A stretch of DNA of 37,829 nt from a virus (IMGVR_UViG_3300030095_004968:1-37829), one strand, 5' to 3'; positions 1-9,509 are shown, counted from the stretch's first letter. The notes: generated from the letters alone by a model not told the origin. A program made the numbers and translations.

Positions 1-1
1 T

Positions 2-52
2 AATGTGCCGCAATCGCCAAAATTAGATTTTAATGGAGTGATTAAACAATGA
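2..52 (+). CDS. 3' end of an upstream gene (partial; ...NVPQSPKLDFNGVIKQ*), probably baseplate hub region
   Basis: Open frame from base 2 to TGA at 50-52, overlapping the gp5 start as ATGA (translational coupling). Product unknown. Confidence 0.55.
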   Translation, partial: NVPQSPKLDFNGVIKQ

Positions 53-939
53 CAAATATGTATCAAGGTGTTGTCGAGGACAGACAAGATCCTCTTTTAT
101 TAGGTCGATGTAAAGTCAGATGGATGGGGTTACACACTCATGTCAAAAAAGGTGGTGTGGGAATTGAAACTAAAGATTTGCCTTGGGCGCACCCTGTTCA
201 ACCAATTACATCAGCAGGGGTAAGTGGTATTGGCGAAGCCCCGGTAGGTCCAGTCGAAGGATCTTGGGTTGTGGGATTTTTTAGAGATGGTGATAAATTT
301 CAACAACCTGTATTTTTTGGTACACTTGGTGGACTTCCAGTTGATCTGGCAAACACCGATGAAGGTTTTTATGATCCAAGCGGAAAATATCCCCTAGAAG
401 AATTAATCGGACAACCAGACACCAACAAACTTGCAAGAACAGATACTACAGATACACCAATTCAAGTTAGAAGAGAAAATCTTGACGAGATGCAAGCACC
501 TGCTGGTGAAGGATCATTAAAAAATATTAAAGAACCTGAGACTCAATATGCTGGGCAATATCCATTCAACCATGTAAGGTTCACCGAGTCTGGTCACCTT
601 CAAGAGTTTGATGATACAGCGGGTGCAGAACGAATTCATGTTTACCACAAAGCAGGAACATTTGAAGAAATTTACCCTGATGGTTCTCGTGTTGTCAAAG
701 TTGTCAGTGACAACTACACCGCCATTTTAGGTGAAAACAACATTCATATCACAAAGGACACAAATGCTCAACTCGTTGGTGACGTTAATGTCCTTGTAAA
801 CGGTAATGTAAACTTAGAAGTTGAAGGTAATATGGACACCCACGTTGACGGTAACTATAAACTACGAGTCGATGGAAAAATTGATCTTATCGCAGAATCA
901 CAGGTAAATGTTCAAGGATCACAGATTAATCTAAATTGA
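49..939 (+). CDS. gp5: Baseplate hub / central spike gp5-like protein (OB-fold plus beta-helix, no lysozyme domain)
   Basis: N-terminal GVVEDRQDPLLLGRCKVR...LPWA...GSWVVGFFRDG...QQPV (Gp5 OB-fold). YPFNHV..TESGH..EFDDT.GAERIH.YH.AGTFEEI motif. C-terminal VxGN/VxGD beta-helix repeats ending QINLN. Confidence 0.93.
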   Translation: MTNMYQGVVEDRQDPLLLGRCKVRWMGLHTHVKKGGVGIETKDLPWAHPVQPITSAGVSGIGEAPVGPVEGSWVVGFFRDGDKFQQPVFFGTLGGLPVDLANTDEGFYDPSGKYPLEELIGQPDTNKLARTDTTDTPIQVRRENLDEMQAPAGEGSLKNIKEPETQYAGQYPFNHVRFTESGHLQEFDDTAGAERIHVYHKAGTFEEIYPDGSRVVKVVSDNYTAILGENNIHITKDTNAQLVGDVNVLVNGNVNLEVEGNMDTHVDGNYKLRVDGKIDLIAESQVNVQGSQINLN

Positions 940-946
940 GGTAATT

Positions 947-1561
947 ATGTCACAGTACACACAGACAATTACAACCAATCGAAGCGATGATGATTACTAC
1001 AATTTTCTCAAGTCCTCTGGATTTAGAATCTTTGAGTATCAAGAGGAACCTGAGTACGCAGCCGCCTACGACTCTTGGAGAGACAAAGCACCCTCAGCCA
1101 GATATCACTTTGTAGAGATGATCACAGAGGGCGGACACGGCATTAATAGACCTCTGACAGACCTCGAAGTGTTGCAGTTTCACCCCGACCTCACAAAAGA
1201 AAAAGTTGAGTTACTCCGAGCAGTTTACGACTTGAATGCAAACACTCGATCATTCAAACAACCAATACAAGTGAGCAAGTCTGGACTACCACAAAAAGAT
1301 AAAGATAGAATTAATTCAGAACTTGATTCATTTTATAACACAGTAAAAAAAGTTGCACCTTTAATCATTCGTGATGTCCCAACATATGTTGCAGCCAGTC
1401 TTGATGTCAGACCCCCCACGCTCACTGGAACCACTATCAAAAATGTTTCGGTCAACCCACCGACTCGACCAGAGGTTGGTGATCTTTGGTTTAATTCTGG
1501 AAAGGGAAAATACTTTGCCTTTCTCGCTGATGGCAAGTCTAAATATTGGGTGGAGGTCTGA
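947..1561 (+). CDS. Hypothetical protein (204 aa) between gp5 and PAAR, with a C-terminal fibre-type PP..P..GDLWFNS..G..F...DG....WV motif
   Basis: GAGGT SD at 938-942. Stop overlaps the PAAR start (TGATG). The C-terminal motif resembles modules of aquatic T4-like fibre/structural proteins. Confidence 0.8.
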   Translation: MSQYTQTITTNRSDDDYYNFLKSSGFRIFEYQEEPEYAAAYDSWRDKAPSARYHFVEMITEGGHGINRPLTDLEVLQFHPDLTKEKVELLRAVYDLNANTRSFKQPIQVSKSGLPQKDKDRINSELDSFYNTVKKVAPLIIRDVPTYVAASLDVRPPTLTGTTIKNVSVNPPTRPEVGDLWFNSGKGKYFAFLADGKSKYWVEV

Positions 1562-1827
1562 TGTCGTTGTGTGTTGCAAGATATGGTGATGTGTGTGGTG
1601 GTCCAATTTATGCTGGAGCAAGCACTGTTTTAACAAATGGATTACCAACGGCACAAATTTTCAACGCTGTGGCAGGACATGGTGATTGTCCACACTGCGC
1701 ACCAGTGACCGTGGGTGCATCAAGCACGGTATTCGCTCAGGGACAACCCGTCCACAGATTTTCTGATGCCTGTTCGTGTGGTCACTCCACATCCACAGGT
1801 TCACCAAACGTATTCGCAGGAGGATAA
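1561..1827 (+). CDS. PAAR-like spike tip protein (gp5.4 homologue), 88 aa
   Basis: ATG at 1561 coupled to the upstream TGA. VARYGD.CGG, GASTVLTNGLP, GASSTVFAQGQPVHR..D.C.CGH and GSPNVFAGG form the PAAR/DUF4280-like pattern with Cys/His metal ligands. Lies downstream of gp5. Confidence 0.9.
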   Translation: MSLCVARYGDVCGGPIYAGASTVLTNGLPTAQIFNAVAGHGDCPHCAPVTVGASSTVFAQGQPVHRFSDACSCGHSTSTGSPNVFAGG

Positions 1828-1828
1828 T

Positions 1829-2596
1829 ATGTCATTGTTTGATCCACAATTAGTAAACACGAGTGGGTGTGAGTTGCCAACACTTCCACTAACCGCAGAA
1901 CAAAATCAAATTTTGCAAAGCGTGCTTAGTGGTGAATTTTTACGAAATCCACTTGAAGGTATTAACAATTTTGCCACTGAAACACTCGTAGATTTGTTTG
2001 ATGAAGTTGGCTCGGTTGTTGCTCCGGGTCAGGAGGGTAGTCTAAGTGCTATCCAAGAGATTTTGGCGAATGCAAGTAATGAATTAACATTGATGGCAGC
2101 ACATTCTGATAGACTCAGTGGGATTGATTCAAATCCACAAAATATTCAGGGTCTTCAAGGTATCCAGTCGATTGCCAGAACTTTCAATAATTTTAAAAAT
2201 TCTATTGAAGGTGGAACCATTGGCGATGATCTCGTGGATTACTATACTCCTTTCTTTTCGAGTATTTTGGGTCCGGGTACAACAAATTTTGAAATCGTCA
2301 AGGGACTTATAACAGGAGATTTTACGAATGCTTTACAAAATGCACAAGGTCTTCCGGGAGCAAACGGTGAAGCAATCGCTGATATGTTGAGTATTTCTCA
2401 GAGTGTAGACCAAGCAGTTGGCGTTCTAAAAGCACTCCGCGAAAGTGATGTTGATGCTTTGGCAGGTGCGTTGGATTATCTCGCCAAAACAGGTCTTGGC
2501 TTCTCAATCTTGGGAATGGCAGAAGATCCATGTTTTAGTCAAAAAGTTCTACAAAATATTGTAAATCCAGACCTAAAGGGGCTACTTAATCTGTAA
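1829..2596 (+). CDS. Hypothetical acidic, predicted helical protein (255 aa) between PAAR and gp25
   Basis: AGGAGG SD at 1818-1823 supports ATG 1829 over the longer ORF-track start at 1715. No motif recognised. Confidence 0.8.
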   Translation: MSLFDPQLVNTSGCELPTLPLTAEQNQILQSVLSGEFLRNPLEGINNFATETLVDLFDEVGSVVAPGQEGSLSAIQEILANASNELTLMAAHSDRLSGIDSNPQNIQGLQGIQSIARTFNNFKNSIEGGTIGDDLVDYYTPFFSSILGPGTTNFEIVKGLITGDFTNALQNAQGLPGANGEAIADMLSISQSVDQAVGVLKALRESDVDALAGALDYLAKTGLGFSILGMAEDPCFSQKVLQNIVNPDLKGLLNL

Positions 2597-2598
2597 CA

Positions 2599-2606
2599 GA
2601 TAGATA
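2599..2606 (+). promoter_or_regulatory. Putative late promoter variant GATAGATA, 5 nt before the gp25 ATG
   Basis: Similar to the T4 gp55-dependent TATAAATA. Same position relative to ATG as the motif before gp3. Confidence 0.5.
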
Positions 2607-2611
2607 ATAAG

Positions 2612-3037
2612 ATGGCGTACTATACCACCAGAGATGTTGAGACTTCCCAAAAAGAATCTGTAAGATTCAGTGATATCGATTTGAATTTTGACCTGAATCC
2701 TATCACTAAAGACATCAACACCCTGAAAAATGAGGAGGCTGTTAGAAGGTCTGTTCGGAATATTGTAATGACTAATTTTGGTGAAAAGAAATTCCAACCA
2801 TTTTTTGGTGGTGACGTTATCTCAAAGTTATTCGAGAATATTACACCGTTCACATCGTTTGAAATGGAAAAGGCAATTTCAAAGTCTATCATCAGTAACG
2901 AACCCCGTGTTGAGGCACTTTCTGTTGAGGCAAATACTAACAATGATCAAAATTCTGTGAATGTAACGGTTCGTTTCACACTAAGAAATTCACAGCAACC
3001 TGTGATTCTTTCATTCACATTAGAGAGGATTAGGTAA
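2612..3037 (+). CDS. gp25: Baseplate wedge subunit gp25 (sheath initiator)
   Basis: FSDIDLNF..NP.T.DI..LKNEEAVRRSVRNIVMTNFGEK.FQP.FG...LFEN...I...EPRV and a C-terminal LERIR. Directly precedes gp6. Confidence 0.95.
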   Translation: MAYYTTRDVETSQKESVRFSDIDLNFDLNPITKDINTLKNEEAVRRSVRNIVMTNFGEKKFQPFFGGDVISKLFENITPFTSFEMEKAISKSIISNEPRVEALSVEANTNNDQNSVNVTVRFTLRNSQQPVILSFTLERIR

Positions 3038-4968
3038 TGACCACAGAGAGAAAAGAATTATCAGTCAATCAACTTGACTACTTTGAGATTCGTGAAAACA
3101 TTAAAAACTTTTTAAAGTCTCAGGAACAATTTTTAGATTACGATTTTGAAGGTTCTGGACTGTCAGTTCTTCTTGACGTTCTCTCGTATGTCACGCACTA
3201 TCAAGGCATTTACAACAACCTCACTGCAAACGAGTTGTTTCTGGACACAGCGATTAAAAGATCGTCGCTTGTTTCCCATGCTAAATCTTTAGGTTATGTA
3301 CCACGCTCTAGGACATCACCTGTAGCCACGGTTGATATCACATATGCGTCAGGCGTGCCAAATGTTTTTCCCGTTGGTCAGGTGTTTACAACAAAGATTG
3401 GTAATAAATCATACAGTTTTGTAAACACCGAAGCCTACACTCCAGTTTTCGGTCAGTCTCCCAACCTGCAAGATGTTGAGATCCGAGAGGGTGTTTTAAA
3501 AACAATCACATTCGTGGCTCCCAACTCAGCCTCGTATCAAAAGTTTAGAATTAAAGATGATGCTATTGATACAAAGACAATCAAAATTACTGTCACCCAG
3601 TCACCCTCTGATAACTCTGGTATCTCAGACGTATGGTCACTCGGCACAAACGCAGTAACAATTGATGGGGATTCCCTTGCATATTTTGTCGAAGAGGACT
3701 ACGACGGAGCCTACTCTATCGGATTTGGTGATGGTGTGATTGGTAAAAAACTTGAAGCCGGTAATGTGGTCACGGTCACTTATCTACAAACAAAAGGTGC
3801 GGAGGCGAACGATGCAGGTTCGACCGACACCGAAGAAACTCCTTCTTTTTCTTACGCAAACAATACGGTTGCTGTTAAGAGTCAAGCAGCCGGTGGGGCA
3901 GAGAAAGAAAGTATTGCAAGTATTCGTTTCAACGCTCCAAAGTCTTACGCAGCACAAAACAGAGCGGTGACTACGAGTGACTATGAAGCATTAATCAATA
4001 ATAACTTTTCTGGGTTCCAGTCGGCACTGGTGTACGGGGGCGAGTTTGCAACACCACCAGAGTTTGGTAAAGTTATTGTTGTACTTAAGCCGAACACGGC
4101 TACTTTAGTACCATCAAGTTTGAAAAACTCAATCCAGAGTTTCTTGCGAAGTCGATGTAGTGTTAGTATTACTCCCGAGGTAAAGGATCCAACGCCGCTG
4201 TATGTGCGTTATGCTCTCTCAGCAGTGTACAACCCGTCAAAGACAGTTCTCCGTGAGCCGTACTTGGTTTCAACAATCAAATCGGTTACATCACAATTTA
4301 TTCAAGACAACACGATTGGATTTAATTCCTCTGTTTCGTTTAGTAAACTTGAAAAAAGACTTCTTGAAGGAGTTAGTGGTCTTGAGACTATTGAAATTGA
4401 ACCCTCTCTTGAGTATAGATTTTTCCCGATTCAAGATACCTCAACGAACTATGAGTTTAAATTTAAAAATCCTATCTTACACGAGTTTGATGGTTACACC
4501 CCAGTAATTTCATCTAGCGAGTTTAGATTTGTTGATGCCGATGGTGTTGAGAAAAATGTTTATCTCGATGATGATGGGTTTGGAAAACTAAGAATTTACC
4601 AACTTGTGGGTGGATCAAAAGAATATTTTACTAATGTAGACTTTGGTAAAGTGAATTATAAAACGGGTGATGTCTCATTCAACTCTTTTGCTCTTTCAAC
4701 AGTCAACACAACAATTCCTATTAGTATTTTTGTCAAGGTTAGCGGCGGTAGACTCATTTCCTCAGAAACCTTTATTCTTCTTGAAGACACCAGAGATCCC
4801 ACGAATGCCGTGGTTAATTTAACCTCTGACAATAGACCAGACTCTAGGACAAACGCTGCGGGTGAAATCTACTTAGGCACATCCAGCCTGTCTTCAGTAA
4901 GCCCTACAACCTCGACAAGCACAACGAGTTCAAGCACATCTTCACCTAGCACCGGAGGCGGTTACTAA
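3037..4968 (+). CDS. gp6: Baseplate wedge subunit gp6
   Basis: LDYFEIRENIKNFLKSQEQFLDYDFEGSGLSVLLDVLSY.THY, NELFLDTA..RSS.VSHAK.LGY.PRS, FGDGVIGKKL and SIRFNAP..YAAQNRAVT..DY motifs. Confidence 0.95.
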   Translation: MTTERKELSVNQLDYFEIRENIKNFLKSQEQFLDYDFEGSGLSVLLDVLSYVTHYQGIYNNLTANELFLDTAIKRSSLVSHAKSLGYVPRSRTSPVATVDITYASGVPNVFPVGQVFTTKIGNKSYSFVNTEAYTPVFGQSPNLQDVEIREGVLKTITFVAPNSASYQKFRIKDDAIDTKTIKITVTQSPSDNSGISDVWSLGTNAVTIDGDSLAYFVEEDYDGAYSIGFGDGVIGKKLEAGNVVTVTYLQTKGAEANDAGSTDTEETPSFSYANNTVAVKSQAAGGAEKESIASIRFNAPKSYAAQNRAVTTSDYEALINNNFSGFQSALVYGGEFATPPEFGKVIVVLKPNTATLVPSSLKNSIQSFLRSRCSVSITPEVKDPTPLYVRYALSAVYNPSKTVLREPYLVSTIKSVTSQFIQDNTIGFNSSVSFSKLEKRLLEGVSGLETIEIEPSLEYRFFPIQDTSTNYEFKFKNPILHEFDGYTPVISSSEFRFVDADGVEKNVYLDDDGFGKLRIYQLVGGSKEYFTNVDFGKVNYKTGDVSFNSFALSTVNTTIPISIFVKVSGGRLISSETFILLEDTRDPTNAVVNLTSDNRPDSRTNAAGEIYLGTSSLSSVSPTTSTSTTSSSTSSPSTGGGY

Positions 4969-7427
4969 TGCCTGTTGGTGGATCAATGATGCTTCCGTTT
5001 CAGGTATTTGTCCCAGACACGCTGGGCGATCTTGGTCCCATTTCCGTTGATGAGAGATTTTCAACTCTTGTATCAACCTTAATGCCTGAATATGTGCAGA
5101 ACGATCACCAGAAATTTGTAGTCTTTATCAAAGCATATTTTGAATACTTAGAAATTCAGGGCAATCCAAGAGCCGAAGCAGTTAGGCTTGGGTCTTACAC
5201 AGATATCGATAGAACACTCGACGACTTTGTTCAATATTTTAAATCAACATACCTTAATAATTTTCCAGACACGTTAGCCGATGGTGTTAGTGATAAACTC
5301 GCTGTTATCAATTCATCTGATTTTTATGGGGAAAAGGGTAATATTCAATCAATTAATTATCTCTTTAATCTTCTGTTCGACACTCCTGCCAGTGTTGAAA
5401 CACCCAAAGATAAGTTGTTTAAAATTTCTGATGCAGATTATGAACCAACCACTATTCTTTTCACTTCACACTACAATGGACAGGATAGTGTTTCATTGTT
5501 TAAAGGTAGTTTAATTGAACAAAGGCTTTTTGATGATTTTACGAGTGATGTCGTTGCAAGTGCATTAATTGATGATATAACTTTTCATCTAGACGATGGT
5601 GTTGAATACGCAAAGATTTTTCTTAAAGAGGTCAGAGGAACTTTCAAGCCAAACCATTATGTTGAGTTTTATCGAGCGAACAGAAATAGAAAAATCACTG
5701 AAAGAACTTTTCCGATTGTAAGTAATCTTAGTGTTACCAAGAAGGGTCGCAACTATGCCGTGGGTGATGATATTACGGTAAGCGATTCCAGCAAAAAGTT
5801 AGTCTTGTCATCTGAAGTCAGAACGGTTAATAGTCTTGGCGAAATACAAAGTATCTCGTCAAAGCCATATCAAAATAAAATTTACTTTCCGGGTGAAACT
5901 TATACGATTTCTGTTTTCTCTGCATCTGGTGTTGATGGTGGATTTACTCTCGACGGAGCATCAACAACCTCCACCAATAAAAATAATTTTACATCATCAA
6001 GATCACTGCTCTCTTCGGAGTCATTCATTCAGGACAACTTTAGATTCCAGTCTTACTCGTACGTAATCAAAGCAGAAAAACAATTAAAAGAATATGCTGA
6101 TCTTGTTAAAAAGATTTTCCATCCGGCTGGTTCTGTTATGTTGTCTGAGTTTACAAATGTGAGTTCATTTATCGGTGTGCTTTTTGAGGATAAAATTTAT
6201 ACCAATACCTTCGTAGTCAATCCGGTGATCGGAAACTTTATGCCATATACCTTTTCGGCTACCGCTGATTTTCGGGGTGACACATACGGGGTTCTTAATG
6301 GTGATTTTTATCCAGAAGGATTTAATGGAATTACTGCCGCAACCATTGGTAACTTTGATGGTTTAGGAGATCCTGCTAAACACGATCCCTACAACAGCGG
6401 AACTTTTGTCGCTGGACCAATTGGTGGATTTACATTTGGTGATTTTGATCCTGATTTCTTTATTGATGGTAGCACGAAAGAGGGCTACACCCGTGCGGAA
6501 CCACCACAATCGACATACGTTAGCACAGACGATAGCAATTCACAATTTTATATTGTATCGAGCCATCCCAAAACTTTTCTCACACAGAATCTTGCATCAT
6601 CCACAGTAACTTCGCTCGGCTTAGAAAATGTAGACCCTGTTACAAATCGCTTTATAAAAAGTAGAGACGGTGTGGCGAAAATACTGACAAAAACAATTAA
6701 ATTGTATTTTGATACTTCTGCTGGTATCAGCACTGGATTTGCCGTGGATGATCTGGTTAGACAAAAAATTCCAAATAAACCAGAGGCTATCGGTAAAGTA
6801 ATTAGCGTTGATGAGTTGAGAGATAGTTCAACTAATTTCTATTCAAATAAATCTGTGAATGAAATTATTGCTGAGTTTAATAGGAAACGGTCAAGTCTGG
6901 ATCTTGGTGTTGAATCAGAAACCGACACAGTAGTCACCGAAACAGTGGAAAGTGGAGTGGGTAGCAAATTTACATCGAGTGAAAATACTTTCGCCACATC
7001 AAATGAGGCATCTTTTGCAACTTCATCGGATCTTGTTGAAGTTGACCTGACCACTTTTAGCAGCGGAAAAACAAGCCTTACTACCAAAACCACTGAAAAC
7101 ACACCTCAAGATATTATTAAAGAAAATCCTGATGGTAATTTCAAGAAAAGTGTTGCAAACAGTGAGGTTATCTCTGGACAAACTCTCAAAGCATCGGCGA
7201 TCACAATTAGAGTTTTGAGTGGAGAGTTCTCAAATGAAGCAGATAGACAAGGAAACAGATTTAGTATTAAAAGTGATAATACTGGAGAAGCCTTCCTTGC
7301 AAGTGGACTAAATACAGATAAGTCAGTTAAAGGCACTGCGTCATCAGAAACTATTTCAGCCGCTGTGCCAGAGTTTCTTGACATCAATATTGGTGACTTT
7401 TTAAATTATCTTGAACTTGGAAATTAA
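4968..7427 (+). CDS. gp7: Baseplate wedge initiator, gp7-like
   Basis: P.YVQ.DH.KFV.FIKAYFEYLE, FY..KG...SI..LF.LLF and IQDNF.FQ.YSYVIK.....Y..LVKK..HPAG motifs typical of aquatic T4-like gp7. Lies between gp6 and gp8. Confidence 0.82.
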   Translation: MPVGGSMMLPFQVFVPDTLGDLGPISVDERFSTLVSTLMPEYVQNDHQKFVVFIKAYFEYLEIQGNPRAEAVRLGSYTDIDRTLDDFVQYFKSTYLNNFPDTLADGVSDKLAVINSSDFYGEKGNIQSINYLFNLLFDTPASVETPKDKLFKISDADYEPTTILFTSHYNGQDSVSLFKGSLIEQRLFDDFTSDVVASALIDDITFHLDDGVEYAKIFLKEVRGTFKPNHYVEFYRANRNRKITERTFPIVSNLSVTKKGRNYAVGDDITVSDSSKKLVLSSEVRTVNSLGEIQSISSKPYQNKIYFPGETYTISVFSASGVDGGFTLDGASTTSTNKNNFTSSRSLLSSESFIQDNFRFQSYSYVIKAEKQLKEYADLVKKIFHPAGSVMLSEFTNVSSFIGVLFEDKIYTNTFVVNPVIGNFMPYTFSATADFRGDTYGVLNGDFYPEGFNGITAATIGNFDGLGDPAKHDPYNSGTFVAGPIGGFTFGDFDPDFFIDGSTKEGYTRAEPPQSTYVSTDDSNSQFYIVSSHPKTFLTQNLASSTVTSLGLENVDPVTNRFIKSRDGVAKILTKTIKLYFDTSAGISTGFAVDDLVRQKIPNKPEAIGKVISVDELRDSSTNFYSNKSVNEIIAEFNRKRSSLDLGVESETDTVVTETVESGVGSKFTSSENTFATSNEASFATSSDLVEVDLTTFSSGKTSLTTKTTENTPQDIIKENPDGNFKKSVANSEVISGQTLKASAITIRVLSGEFSNEADRQGNRFSIKSDNTGEAFLASGLNTDKSVKGTASSETISAAVPEFLDINIGDFLNYLELGN

Positions 7428-7438
7428 CGGAGAAGACA

Positions 7439-9499
7439 ATGGCTCAATACACATTTGATGCTCAACTTAAAACTCAAATTGCAAAGAATTTTATTTCTGA
7501 CTTCCAACCCTTTGGAAAAAATAGGGTGTATGTCGGTGTGGGACAAGTATACGATCCGGGGTCGTTAGCACCATTGGAAAAAAGAAGTGTTGAGCGGGAT
7601 CTCGTAACTCGTCGAAATATTTCATTTGCCCGAAGAGTTGCTCCGTCTGATGTCACTATGATGATTCCACGAGTCAATTGGTCAAATGGAATCACAATGT
7701 CTCCTCTTGATACCTCTGATGATATGTCAGAGACATTCAACGAATCAACCGGAACCACTGCACCATTTTACGTTGTGACAAATTCAGATAATGTTTATGT
7801 TTGTCTTGAAAATGGAGTTGGAGATGGTGGACTCACTGGTTCTGTGTATGAGCCAATCGGAACGGACACAAGCCCCATCACTTTGCCGGATGGATTTAAG
7901 TGGAAATATATGTACACTATTCCCGGCACTCATCTTAAATTTAAAGATGAAAAGCAAATTCCAGTAGTGTCATTACCGTATTATGAAGGTATTTTTAATG
8001 TTTACAATGACGAACGACAAAGACAATATGCCGTTCAGTATGAAGCCAATCTCGACGCAGCATCAGGCATTGTTGATGGTGTAGCGATCACATCAAATCC
8101 CTCCACTGCAATTTTTGAGCGAGGTGTTCCAGATAACATAAACAACGAGGTTGAGTTTTCGACAAACAATACGGTTATGATCACTCAACCAAACCTTGCA
8201 GGAACGGCTATTGAGGATTATTATAAAGACTACCATATCAGATTTATCAGTGGTCAAGCAGCAGGTGTTGTAAGAAAAATTACAGCATCGGCTACAAATG
8301 GAGATGCACAAGACATCTTAACTTTAGACTCTGATTTTGACACAAATCGTTCGCCACAAAATAAAGATAGATTTGAGATTGGTGTAGGTATCACAATCAC
8401 GGGCAATGGTCAAAATGCAGCGGCTTTTGGTTCTTTGGATAGTGACAAAAGACTTAGGCAGACTGTTGTTTACAATAAAGGCACTGGATATAGCGATGCT
8501 AGTGCTGTGGTGTTTACTGGTGGTGTTGGAGACGATGCCTTTCCGTCAGACCTTCCTACTCTAGATCCATTGATTTCACAGAGCATCGGAAAAGATCCTG
8601 TGTTTGAACTTTTTTCAAATATTGCCAGAGTCCAAGTTTCGATTCCGGGTGATGGTGAAAATAATGTTGAACAACTTCTTGGAAACGATTACAGAGATGT
8701 TGCTCTTTGGGTCAATCCTGAAATTGAAAAGGGTCAAACAGGTGAAGGAAATATTGCTGGTTACCGTGACAGAGTTAGGACTCGTGTTGACATAAGCGGA
8801 AGCACCGGGTCGATTGCCGAACTTGTTAATCCGGCACGATTCGTTGGTGAAACTAAATTCTTGTATGGAACAGATACTAAAGAGTTTGTTGAAGTCGTGG
8901 GTCAACCATCAAAAACATCAACCTTGTCTGCATCTGCACAAGTTAGAGACATGAGTAAACCTTTTGTTCGAGATGAAAATCTCACACTTCTTAGAACCAC
9001 AGAAGATGGTAATTTCACGGCTACAAGTTTAACTGGAGATTTTAAAGTTGTAAATACTTATTATGAAGATTCATCTCTTGAAATTGAAAAATTAGACTGG
9101 AGATGCACCCACAAACTAAGAGTTGATTTTGGTGAAGATGGGGACTATGTTCCAACTCTTGATGGTGGTGCAACAGGAAGTTCGGGAAGCAATGGTATCA
9201 TCACTGCTGTTCTGCCGTACGATGAAACAGGCGGTGCTATATTTGACGCATCTATTAACAAGCGTATTGTTCTACTGACTGATGTTTCAAACGTCTCTGG
9301 TTCAACCCACGGATTTGTTGAGAATGAAACACTAACTTACCTTGTTGGTAATAATCCCGTATCGGGATCAATTGAAAATGTCGAAGGTCCAGAACTTGAT
9401 CTATTTTCTGGAGAACTATTATACATAAAAGGTCTAACACAAGAAATCAGTCGCGTTGTTGAGCAAACTGATGTCTTTAGATTTACTTTTGAATTCTGA
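7439..9499 (+). CDS. gp8: Baseplate wedge subunit gp8-like (enlarged, 686 aa)
   Basis: IPRVNW.NG, FYVVT...NVYVCL.N, P.GT......DGFKWKYMYTI, and a C-terminal PE...FSGE.LYI......R...Q.D......EF. Confidence 0.88.
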   Translation: MAQYTFDAQLKTQIAKNFISDFQPFGKNRVYVGVGQVYDPGSLAPLEKRSVERDLVTRRNISFARRVAPSDVTMMIPRVNWSNGITMSPLDTSDDMSETFNESTGTTAPFYVVTNSDNVYVCLENGVGDGGLTGSVYEPIGTDTSPITLPDGFKWKYMYTIPGTHLKFKDEKQIPVVSLPYYEGIFNVYNDERQRQYAVQYEANLDAASGIVDGVAITSNPSTAIFERGVPDNINNEVEFSTNNTVMITQPNLAGTAIEDYYKDYHIRFISGQAAGVVRKITASATNGDAQDILTLDSDFDTNRSPQNKDRFEIGVGITITGNGQNAAAFGSLDSDKRLRQTVVYNKGTGYSDASAVVFTGGVGDDAFPSDLPTLDPLISQSIGKDPVFELFSNIARVQVSIPGDGENNVEQLLGNDYRDVALWVNPEIEKGQTGEGNIAGYRDRVRTRVDISGSTGSIAELVNPARFVGETKFLYGTDTKEFVEVVGQPSKTSTLSASAQVRDMSKPFVRDENLTLLRTTEDGNFTATSLTGDFKVVNTYYEDSSLEIEKLDWRCTHKLRVDFGEDGDYVPTLDGGATGSSGSNGIITAVLPYDETGGAIFDASINKRIVLLTDVSNVSGSTHGFVENETLTYLVGNNPVSGSIENVEGPELDLFSGELLYIKGLTQEISRVVEQTDVFRFTFEF

Positions 9500-9509
9500 G
9501 GGGAATTAA

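Noticed and set aside
1546-1828. ORF-track starts at 1546 (PAAR) and 1715 (293-aa ORF), and likewise 35016 (gp3) and 36152 (uvsW)
   Set aside because: Better starts exist: ATG 1561 coupled to the upstream stop, ATG 1829 with AGGAGG, ATG 35019 and ATG 36200. Most of the longer versions overlap upstream genes.
49-3037. gp5/PAAR/gp25 cluster as a bacterial T6SS or extracellular contractile injection system
   Set aside because: It is contiguous with terminase, portal, protease, scaffold, capsid and uvsY/uvsW genes, so it belongs to a genuine T4-like phage.
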